Positions 27,238 to 34,675 of a stretch of 64,000 nucleotides of DNA are shown piece by piece. The stretch comes from an uncultured Anaerolineales bacterium (GTDB taxonomy: Bacteria > Chloroflexota > Anaerolineae > Anaerolineales > UBA4823). A program made the position numbers and the translations under genes. The DNA lies in the NCBI GenBank assembly GCA_937928795.1, contig CALFWB010000056.1, positions 1,364 through 65,363 of the forward strand, in the 5' to 3' direction. Positions within the stretch are counted from its first letter, which is position 1. Each line of letters starts with the position of its first letter. The notes beneath the pieces were generated by a model, which did no database searches, was not told the DNA's origin, and saw only the letters and a program-made list of their open reading frames with translations.

Positions 27238-27624
27238 GTGGGTATGACCGATCCGATTCGTATTCAAGGTAACGCTTCACTCCAAAAGACGACCTTGCAT
27301 CCGTCTGCAAAGACGACTACCTCAGCCCAAGGGTTTGCGCAGGCACTGGAGCAGAAGACCCGCGAACAAGAAATCCGCTTTTCCAACCATGCCCAAAAAC
27401 GCCTGCAAAGCCGAGAAATCCAGCTTTCGGATGATGGGCTGGCTCGCTTGGCGCAGGCGGTGGAAAAGGTGGAAAAGCGCGGTGGAAAAGAATCGTTGGT
27501 GCTGATGGATGATTTGGCTTTCATTGTCAATGTCCGTCAGCGATTGGTCGTTACCGCTTTAGATGCCCGTGAACGGGGCGAAGGAGTGTTTACCCAAATT
27601 GACAGCGTTGTGCTGGCAGATTAA
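27238..27624 (+). CDS. small flagellar operon protein of the type found between flgD and flgE in Firmicutes (TIGR02530-like, by recollection)
   Basis: Position, and the pattern FSNHAQKRLQSREIQLS...KGGKESLVLMDDLAFIVNVRQRLVVTAL. Confidence 0.55.
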   Translation: MGMTDPIRIQGNASLQKTTLHPSAKTTTSAQGFAQALEQKTREQEIRFSNHAQKRLQSREIQLSDDGLARLAQAVEKVEKRGGKESLVLMDDLAFIVNVRQRLVVTALDARERGEGVFTQIDSVVLAD

Positions 27625-27686
27625 ATCATTCAACAGGCTGGCCCTCTTGGAGGAAGCCTGACTCAACCAACTTCAGGAGGCAAAAA

Positions 27687-28904
27687 ATGTTACGCTCGAT
27701 GTTTACGGCAATTAGTTCCTTGAGCCTGCATCAGGCTTTTATGGACGTGGTGGCGAATAACCTTGCCAATGTCAATACCTATGGCTTTAAGTCCAGCCGG
27801 GTGACCTTTCAAGACCAATTTGCGCAGACCTTATGGAGCGGCTCAGCTCCTTCGGATAATTTGGGAGGGGTCAATCCGGCGCAAATTGGCTTAGGTGTGC
27901 GTTTGGGCGTTATTTCACCGACCTTTACTCAAGGAATGCTCCAATCTACCAATCGCAATACCGATTTGGCGATTCAAGGGGATGGTTTCTTTATTTACAG
28001 GAATGCGGTTACGAACCTGTTCTCGCGGGATGGATCCCTAGAGATGGATTCGGAAGGCTATCTGGTCAACGGTGCGACGGGTTTGCGCATTCAAGGCTGG
28101 ATGGCAACCCTTGTTAACGGAGTGCCAACAATTGATGTTGGGGCTGCTCTCCAAGATATTCAACTTCCCTTAGGGGCAACCTTAGCTCAGCAAACAAGCA
28201 GTTCCCAATTGTTCGGCAATCTGGATTCGCGCGCCACTTCACCCTATCAGGTGGGGATTGGCGTGTACGATTCCTTGGGCAATTTGCATTCGGTAACGCT
28301 AACCTTTACGCCTGGGGCAGGCAATACGTGGACATGGGCAGCCTCTGGGAGCGGGGTTTCCGGAAGCGGCAACCTTGTCTTTGATGCCAATGGCCAATAT
28401 GTCTCTAGCTCGGGAAATGTATCGGTTGCTGCTAGCGGGATCACCGGGGCAAATGACTTTACTTTCTCGGTGGATATGAGCAAGCTGACCCAATTGGCAT
28501 CGGAAAGCGATCTTTCGATGACCTTCCAAGACGGCTTGGCAGCAGGTACGTTTTCCACCTTTTTCGTCACCCCTCAGACAGGTGAGATTGTCGGCGTTTA
28601 CTCAAATGGAATGCAACGCCTGATCGGACAAATTGCCCTGGCGAATTTCGTTAATCCGGCTGGTTTGCTTCAACAGGGGCAAAACCTTTTTATGGTCGGG
28701 CCGAACTCGGGTGATCCAGCGATCGGGCAAGCCGGCACAGGAACGCGCGGCACCATCGCAGCCGGATATTTGGAGGGCTCAAACGTTGACCTCGGCCAGG
28801 AATTTACCAATATGATCGTCGCCCAACGCGGCTTTCAAGCCTCCTCGCGGATTGTTACCACCTCTGATGAGATGCTGATGGAGATTGTGAATCTAAAGCG
28901 ATAA
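27687..28904 (+). CDS. flgE: flagellar hook protein FlgE
   Basis: N-terminus MLRSMFTAISSLSLHQAFMDVVANNLANVNTYGFK and C-terminus GYLEGSNVDLGQEFTNMIVAQRGFQASSRIVTTSDEM. Confidence 0.95.
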   Translation: MLRSMFTAISSLSLHQAFMDVVANNLANVNTYGFKSSRVTFQDQFAQTLWSGSAPSDNLGGVNPAQIGLGVRLGVISPTFTQGMLQSTNRNTDLAIQGDGFFIYRNAVTNLFSRDGSLEMDSEGYLVNGATGLRIQGWMATLVNGVPTIDVGAALQDIQLPLGATLAQQTSSSQLFGNLDSRATSPYQVGIGVYDSLGNLHSVTLTFTPGAGNTWTWAASGSGVSGSGNLVFDANGQYVSSSGNVSVAASGITGANDFTFSVDMSKLTQLASESDLSMTFQDGLAAGTFSTFFVTPQTGEIVGVYSNGMQRLIGQIALANFVNPAGLLQQGQNLFMVGPNSGDPAIGQAGTGTRGTIAAGYLEGSNVDLGQEFTNMIVAQRGFQASSRIVTTSDEMLMEIVNLKR

Positions 28905-28918
28905 ATCTCTTGATTGAT

Positions 28919-28947
28919 CCTCCCGCAGGTCTAAAGCCTGCGGGAGG
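28919..28947 (+). terminator. strong hairpin between flgE and the next gene (attenuator or SD-sequestering structure)
   Basis: CCTCCCGCAGG-tctaaag-CCTGCGGGAGG, an 11-bp perfect stem. The 3' arm contains the GGAGG just upstream of the ATG at 28951. No U tract. Confidence 0.45.
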
Positions 28948-28950
28948 AGA

Positions 28951-30318
28951 ATGGAGCAAGCCATGAATGTGAGTGGGCCGGCGCCGATAGCGATTGTGCA
29001 GCGATATGACAACACCGATCTGATGTTACGCATGAATCAGCGGGTTGCTGCCGAGGTGCTGCAAGTTTCCGGTGACCGCGTCGTCCTCTCGGTTAACGGG
29101 GTGCAATTGGTGGCAAGGTTGACTTCTTCGGATCAGGCGGCGCAACTCTTGGAACGGCGCATTGCCCAGTTTATTGTGCGCGATTTAAGCCAATCTTTAG
29201 TGACTTTGCAACTTGTCCCTAGAGGAACGGAGACCGAACAAGCGGCAAACGCTCTCTCACCACGCTTGATTCAGTCCCTGCTTCAACAAGCGGGCTTACC
29301 GATCAATGCTGAAACGGTGACCATCGCTAAGGCGTTATTAGCCGGCGGTTTGTCGGTAGAAGCCGAGTTGGTCGAAGAGATCTCTCATGCTTTGCAGCAT
29401 ATCGGTAAATGGAATGAAGGAGATGCGTTTGCAGCGGTGTTATTGAAATCGGCCGGCTTGCCGGTGACGCCGGCAACGGTAGACTTAGCCCGCATTCAGC
29501 TTCCTTCGCTGGGGGAGATGATCGCAAGTTTGCAAAAGCAATTGGACTCTCTGCTGAACAGTAAGCCATCTGCGGGCTTGGCTGTTCTGGCAAAGGAAGC
29601 CTTGAGCACGCTGGCTGCAATTTTGTTAGAAGGAGGAGCAGATGCCAGTGTGCTTCAAGCAAGATTGCAGCTTGCCATTCAAACCATCGGGCGTTCCTTC
29701 GAACGAGAATTAGCGGATTTGATTCGGCAATTCCAAAGCCAAGATGATCGCTTGAGCAAAGGGCTTTTAGGTCTGGTTTTGTTGCGCCGCGAGTTGGTGA
29801 AGGAAAACCATCATCTGGGATTGGTTGCCGAAATTGATCGCTTCGTTGAAGGCTTGCGATTGGTGCATTTTTTGAATTCTGAGCCTAATCCGGCTAGCAG
29901 CCAAGGACAATGGTTGCGTTTGAATTTGCCCTTGGCGGGATTAGCGTTTGCCCGACAAAGCGAGCCATCGCCGCAGGGATACCCTCAGGTAGAACTACGC
30001 ATTGCCTATCTTCCCGATCAGTCGCCTCCCACCATTGACTCGAACCATACGCGCTTTATTGTGCGCCTTGCCCTCGCTGATGGATCGGTTGCGGTGGATG
30101 TTTCGGTTGCTCAACGAAAGGCTGGGGTTCAAGTGATTACTTCGACCCAGCCATTGTTAGAGCGAGCAGAGCAGGAGCTTCCATCACTTCAGCAAGGGTT
30201 TGAGCAATTGGGATATCAAATCCAAACGGCGTGCTGTGAATTGGGTGAACCCTTCCAAGCTTCCTCATTGACAACCAACCTCTGGGCAGAGATGGGCGAT
30301 GTACAAATAGGAGCGTGA
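28951..30318 (+). CDS. uncharacterised 455-aa protein, weakly FliK-like at the C-terminus
   Basis: No TM helix or signal peptide. The C-terminal segment (VELRIAYLPDQ...RFIVRLALADGSVAVDVSVAQRKAGVQVITSTQPLLERAEQELPSLQQGFEQLGY) follows the Flg_hook-type pattern. Paired with the FlhB-C-like gene 4 bp downstream. Confidence 0.4.
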   Translation: MEQAMNVSGPAPIAIVQRYDNTDLMLRMNQRVAAEVLQVSGDRVVLSVNGVQLVARLTSSDQAAQLLERRIAQFIVRDLSQSLVTLQLVPRGTETEQAANALSPRLIQSLLQQAGLPINAETVTIAKALLAGGLSVEAELVEEISHALQHIGKWNEGDAFAAVLLKSAGLPVTPATVDLARIQLPSLGEMIASLQKQLDSLLNSKPSAGLAVLAKEALSTLAAILLEGGADASVLQARLQLAIQTIGRSFERELADLIRQFQSQDDRLSKGLLGLVLLRRELVKENHHLGLVAEIDRFVEGLRLVHFLNSEPNPASSQGQWLRLNLPLAGLAFARQSEPSPQGYPQVELRIAYLPDQSPPTIDSNHTRFIVRLALADGSVAVDVSVAQRKAGVQVITSTQPLLERAEQELPSLQQGFEQLGYQIQTACCELGEPFQASSLTTNLWAEMGDVQIGA

Positions 30319-30322
30319 GGCA

Positions 30323-30625
30323 ATGGATCAACCGTTCTATTCCCGCAATCGCGCGTACTTGAAACAGCGCCGCCCGAAAGCCACCGCCTTGGGCTACGAG
30401 CCGCAACAAGACGAAGCCCCGAAAGTTTTGGCTTCGGGGGAGGGATTCATTGCCGAGCAGATCATTGCCATCGCCAAAGCCAATGGCATCCCCATTCGGG
30501 AGGACCCGATTTTGGCTGAAGCGCTCTCTAAAGTGGACATTGGGCAAGCGATCCCAGCGGAATTGTATCCTTTGGTGGCAGAGGTCTTGGCTTATATATA
30601 TCGCTTACAGGGTCGAGAGATATGA
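30323..30625 (+). CDS. FlhB C-terminal-domain-like protein (YlqH-like; EscU/YscU/HrcU family fragment without TM region or NPTH site)
   Basis: APKVLASGEGFIAEQIIAIAKANGIPIREDPILAEALSKVDIGQAIPAELYPLVAEVLAYIYRL aligns by eye with the FlhB 44767 segment APVVIAKGAYLIAQRIVQIAVANRIPVIQNIPLARALYK...IPPELYVAMAEVLAHVY. Confidence 0.8.
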   Translation: MDQPFYSRNRAYLKQRRPKATALGYEPQQDEAPKVLASGEGFIAEQIIAIAKANGIPIREDPILAEALSKVDIGQAIPAELYPLVAEVLAYIYRLQGREI

Positions 30626-30639
30626 GCTGAGCTCGAAAA

Positions 30640-30717
30640 GTGTCCACGCAAAAGTTGTAGGACAACTCAATGAGTTGTCCTACAAAGCAATGTTGCCAAC
30701 AACTTTTGAGTGCACAC
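30640..30717. mobile_element. 78-bp MITE-like element, copy 2 (perfect 9-bp flanking duplication GCTCGAAAA)
   Basis: Same sequence as 10762-10839. GCTCGAAAA occurs at 30631-30639 and again at 30718-30726. Confidence 0.75.
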
Positions 30718-30733
30718 GCTCGAAAAATATCCC

Positions 30734-30762
30734 TTGAAGACATTTCAAGTCTGCGTTATAAT
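30734..30762 (+). promoter_or_regulatory. sigma-70-type promoter for tRNA-Val (and probably the thrS leader)
   Basis: TTGAAG-17 nt-TATAAT, ending 11 nt before the mature tRNA 5' end. Confidence 0.65.
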
Positions 30763-30773
30763 TCAAGTACTGC

Positions 30774-30847
30774 GGGCGGATAGCTCAGTTGGTTAGAGCA
30801 CTGCGTTGACATCGCAGAGGTCGCAGGTTCGAGCCCTGTTCCGCCCA
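30774..30847 (+). tRNA. tRNA-Val (anticodon GAC)
   Basis: Folds by hand into a cloverleaf: acceptor GGGCGGA/TCCGCCC, D arm GCTC-AGTTGGTTA-GAGC, anticodon arm CTGCG-TTGACAT-CGCAG, T arm GCAGG-TTCGAGC-CCTGT. 74 nt, CCA not encoded. Confidence 0.9.
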
Positions 30848-30857
30848 CTAGAAAGGC

Positions 30858-31100
30858 TTTGATCGGGACGAGTAGCTCTTGGTAGCTTGTTCCAGAGAGT
30901 AAAGACCGTTGGCTGAAAGTCTTTGCACAAGACAGGGGCGAAAACCACCCGTGAGCCTGACCCTGAAGCGGCCTTGCCTTAAGTAAGGGGAACGGAACAC
31001 CCCGTTATCGGTGCAAGGAGATGAGCTGTATGAAGCTCAATCTGGGTGGAACCGTGTGAGCGTTTAGCTCTCGCCCCAGGGCGAGAGCTTTTTAGTTTTT
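30858..31100 (+). promoter_or_regulatory. T-box leader (Thr, specifier ACC) with intrinsic terminator, controlling thrS
   Basis: AGAGAG box (30893). GAAAACCA specifier context (30940-30947). T-box sequence AATCTGGGTGGAACCGTG (31039-31056). Terminator AGCTCTCGC-cccagg-GCGAGAGCT plus TTTTTAGTTTTT (31066-31100). Confidence 0.85.
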
Positions 31101-31137
31101 ATTTGCCGATCATTGGTTTTTACGGATGGAGGTATAA

Positions 31138-32928
31138 ATGAACCAAAAAATTGAACAATCTTCAGAAGACGAACTTCTCTTTCGGATTCGCCACTCAACC
31201 GCGCATGTGATGGCTCAAGCGGTTTTAGAGATGTTCCCTGAAGGGAAATATACCATCGGTCCGGCAATTGAAGATGGTTTCTACTACGATTTTGATCTGC
31301 CGCGCAACTTAACCCCCGAAGACTTGGAAAAAATCGAAGCGCGCATGAAAGAAATTATCCGTCAAAATCACGCCTTTAAGAAAAAAGTGGTTTCCGCAGA
31401 GGAGGCGCGTCAGATTTTCAAAGATCAACCTTATAAACTGGAATTGATCAACGACCTCGAAAAAGGCGGTACAGATGAGCACGGCAACCCGCTGACCGAG
31501 AAGCCCGAAATTTCAATTTACACGCATGATACTTTTGTCGATTTATGCCGCGGTCCACATGTCGAAAACACCGCTCAGATCAACCCCGAAGCCATTAAGC
31601 TCATCAATATTGCCGGTGCCTATTGGCGGGGAAGTGAAAAGAATCCCATGTTACAGCGCATCTATGGCACGGCTTGGCGCACCAAAGAGGAACTAGAGCA
31701 ATATCTGTGGCGTTTAGAAGAAGCCAAAAAGCGCGATCATCGCCGCCTAGGCAAAGAACTGGGCTTGTTCAGCACTTCCCAAGATGTCGGCAGCGGCTTG
31801 ATCCTTTGGCATCCGAAAGGCGCTTTGATTCGGCATCTCGCCGAGGAGTACTGTAAACAGGAACATCTGGCGAATGGGTATGATTTGGTCTATTCCCCCC
31901 ATATCGGACGGGCTTCCCTTTGGGAGACCAGCGGGCATCTGGCATGGTATAAGGAAAACATGTATTCACCAATTGACATTGAAGGAGAAGAATACTTCCT
32001 CAAGCCGATGAATTGTCCCTTCCACATTATGATCTACAAAAGCCAAATCCACAGCTATCGCGACCTACCCATGCGCTTGGCGGAATGGGGCACGGTTTAC
32101 CGCTATGAACGCAGCGGCGTTCTACACGGCTTAATGCGCGTGCGCGGCTTTACGCAAGATGATGCCCATCTCTTCTGCCGCCCTGACCAGATGCCCGAAG
32201 AGATCGACCGCGTGTTGAATTTCTGCCTGCACATCTTGCAAGCTTTTGGGATGAACGAGTTCCATGCCTACCTTTCGACACGTGACCCGCAGAAGTCGGC
32301 GGGCGAAGCCAGTCGCTGGGAAGACGCCACCCAAGCCCTGAAAATGGCCCTTGATCGGGCTGGTTTGTCCTATGATATTGACCCCGGTGGCGCCGCCTTC
32401 TATGGTCCAAAGATCGACCTTAAGATGATCGATGCGCTTGGACGCGAGTGGCAACTCAGCACCATTCAATTCGATTTCAATTTGCCGGAGCGTTTTGACC
32501 TCACCTTTATCGGCGAGGATGGCAAAGCCTATCGCCCGTATATGATCCATCGTGCTTTGCTCGGCTCAATGGAGCGCTTTATGGGGGTGCTGATTGAACA
32601 CTTTTCCGGCGCGTTCCCGGTCTGGTTAGCTCCCGTTCAGGCGGTCTTAATCCCGATTGCTGACCGCCATGTGACCTATGCCAATCAGGTGGCTGCGAAG
32701 CTCAAAGAGGCTGGTTTACGAGTCGAAGTGGATGATCGCAGTGAGCGCATGAACGCTAAAATCCGCGATGCGCAGACGCAAAAGGTTCCTTATATGCTGG
32801 TGGTGGGCGACAAAGAACAGGAAAGTGGACAAGTCGCTCTGAGACTGCGCTCCGGTGAGAACCCCGGCCCAATGAGTTTGGAGACATTTATCGAACGAGC
32901 CCGTCAGGACATCTCTGCGCACCGATAA
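31138..32928 (+). CDS. thrS: threonine--tRNA ligase (no N-terminal TGS domain)
   Basis: Editing-domain motifs HSTAHV and CRGPH, a class II catalytic core (FHIMIYKSQIHSYRDLP, RVRGFTQDDAH) and an anticodon-binding domain. 596 aa, starting at the second additional domain. Confidence 0.95.
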   Translation: MNQKIEQSSEDELLFRIRHSTAHVMAQAVLEMFPEGKYTIGPAIEDGFYYDFDLPRNLTPEDLEKIEARMKEIIRQNHAFKKKVVSAEEARQIFKDQPYKLELINDLEKGGTDEHGNPLTEKPEISIYTHDTFVDLCRGPHVENTAQINPEAIKLINIAGAYWRGSEKNPMLQRIYGTAWRTKEELEQYLWRLEEAKKRDHRRLGKELGLFSTSQDVGSGLILWHPKGALIRHLAEEYCKQEHLANGYDLVYSPHIGRASLWETSGHLAWYKENMYSPIDIEGEEYFLKPMNCPFHIMIYKSQIHSYRDLPMRLAEWGTVYRYERSGVLHGLMRVRGFTQDDAHLFCRPDQMPEEIDRVLNFCLHILQAFGMNEFHAYLSTRDPQKSAGEASRWEDATQALKMALDRAGLSYDIDPGGAAFYGPKIDLKMIDALGREWQLSTIQFDFNLPERFDLTFIGEDGKAYRPYMIHRALLGSMERFMGVLIEHFSGAFPVWLAPVQAVLIPIADRHVTYANQVAAKLKEAGLRVEVDDRSERMNAKIRDAQTQKVPYMLVVGDKEQESGQVALRLRSGENPGPMSLETFIERARQDISAHR

Positions 32929-32975
32929 GAGTTACCGTCCCTATCAGGCAAGCGCCATGTTGGCTTGGGAACCCC

Positions 32976-33017
32976 AATCTCGCGGGAGGAGATGTACCCC
33001 GCGAGATTCATTTTTTA
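32976..33017 (+). terminator. intrinsic terminator after thrS
   Basis: AATCTCGCGGG-loop-CCCGCGAGATT followed by CATTTTTTAT. Confidence 0.8.
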
Positions 33018-33187
33018 TGCCCAAATGGGCGAGAGGATGCGGGGTGCCTTTCCTATGCGGTTATAAGAATTTCCTATACCTTTCAAAATCGTTAGTTTTT
33101 CTTTACGCCAAATTTATGGTGATTTAATAAAGTCAACGTTATAACCCCTTCAGGTTTGCATGACCTTTGCAACTATTGTACAAATCA

Positions 33188-34675
33188 ATGGCTGCCCCAA
33201 CCGTCCCTCTGACAATTCGGGTTCTTCTCGTTGAGGATGACCCCCAACAAGCGCAATTGGTCGCTGAACGTTTGCGTTTAGCTGAGGGATTCGAAGTCGT
33301 TTTTGCCAGCTCACTCAGAAAACTTTGGGAGGTTTTGCCGCACAGTAAAGCGGATGTGATTCTCATGGACTATCGCCTTCCAGATGGGAATGGCCTTGAG
33401 GCTTTAGAAAAATTGCAAAGCGAAAAGATCAATTTGCCTGTTCTAATGGTTACCGGTCAGGGGGATGAACAACTTGCTGTTAAGGCTTTACAAAGTGGTG
33501 CGACCGATTATCTGGTCAAGGGGAGCAATTATTGGCAGGATTTGCCCCAACGCATCGAAAAAGCTGTTGCTACTCAACGCCTAAAGAGAGCATTACAAAA
33601 GCAACATGAACAAATTCGCTATCAAGCTCTGTTACTGCAAAATATGCGCGATGCGGTTATTGTCTGGGATACCCAGGGTACAATTACCTATTGGAACCAT
33701 GAAGCAGAACGCCTTTTTAAGTATCCTGCTCACCTTGCACTTGGAAAGCCAGTCGAAGAGGTATATAGGCGTTTATTCACTCCGCTTCCCCCGTTTCCTC
33801 TTGAAGGCAAGACCCTACCCGGCGATATGGAACGAAAAGTTATCATTGGGAATGAAGAGTGCTGGGTTAGTTCCCGAGTGGCACCGCTGCGGGATATTGC
33901 TGCTGACAATCGTTTGATCGGGTATATTGATGTCATTCGCGATGTGACCCAGCGCAAGAAAATGGAAGAGCGCATCCAAAACGCCCAACGCCAACTTGAG
34001 CAATCTTCTCACTTGGCAGCAATCGGCGATTTGGCTGCTGGAGTTGCCCATCATATCAACAATCCCTTGACCACGATTATTGCTGAAGCACAAATCTTGC
34101 TCAACGAAATACCCCCCGGCCAACCCGGACGCGAGTCTGTCTTGGCAATTGAACAAGCCGGCTGGCGGGTGCAAAAAGCCGTCCAACAATTGATTGACTT
34201 CAGCCGCTCCCCTGCCGAGAAGCAAGAGATCGTTCATCTCAACGAAAGCCTCCAAAAAGCCATTGCCCTCATTGGAGCACAAATCAAAGCTGAAGGGATT
34301 GCTTTAGAGACGAATTTTGCAAAGAATCTCTCGCCTATTTTCGGCAATCCCCAAAAAATGACTGCCCTGTGGGTCAATCTCTTGATCCTTGCCCGAGATG
34401 GGGTTGCTGGAATCCCGAACGGGCAGATTTGGATCATCACCTCTCAAGAAGAGTCTCCACAGGTAACCATTCGAGATAACGGTCGGCTCATTCCGCCTCA
34501 AGATCTCCAAGAAATCGGCGCAACCAGTTTCTTCAAGACCCTGGGCGGGAGAGGTAATGGAATTGAGATCAATATCTGCCTTGAAATTCTTCGTCAACAC
34601 ACTGCGGAATTAACCATCACAAGTGATTATTCACAAGGGACGATTTTTCGGGTATCATTCTTAAGTGGAGGTTAA
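33188..34675 (+). CDS. hybrid response regulator / PAS sensor histidine kinase (REC-PAS-HisKA-HATPase)
   Basis: N-terminal receiver (VLLVEDD, DVILMDYRLPDGNG, LVKG), a PAS region, H-box AGVAHHINNPLTTI, and a rather degenerate ATP-binding domain. The start at ATG 33188 is uncertain; a TTG at 33167 is an alternative. Confidence 0.75.
   Translation: MAAPTVPLTIRVLLVEDDPQQAQLVAERLRLAEGFEVVFASSLRKLWEVLPHSKADVILMDYRLPDGNGLEALEKLQSEKINLPVLMVTGQGDEQLAVKALQSGATDYLVKGSNYWQDLPQRIEKAVATQRLKRALQKQHEQIRYQALLLQNMRDAVIVWDTQGTITYWNHEAERLFKYPAHLALGKPVEEVYRRLFTPLPPFPLEGKTLPGDMERKVIIGNEECWVSSRVAPLRDIAADNRLIGYIDVIRDVTQRKKMEERIQNAQRQLEQSSHLAAIGDLAAGVAHHINNPLTTIIAEAQILLNEIPPGQPGRESVLAIEQAGWRVQKAVQQLIDFSRSPAEKQEIVHLNESLQKAIALIGAQIKAEGIALETNFAKNLSPIFGNPQKMTALWVNLLILARDGVAGIPNGQIWIITSQEESPQVTIRDNGRLIPPQDLQEIGATSFFKTLGGRGNGIEINICLEILRQHTAELTITSDYSQGTIFRVSFLSGG

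Noticed and set aside
30984-31007. Third hairpin with an ACGGAA-containing loop (GGGG-AACGGAACA-CCCC) inside the thrS T-box leader, resembling the fliC and flaG leader hairpins
   Set aside because: It sits in the variable stem region of a T-box, where any hairpin sequence is tolerated, and there is no adjacent SD GGA. I cannot separate this from coincidence without binding data, so I do not claim it as a CsrA site.
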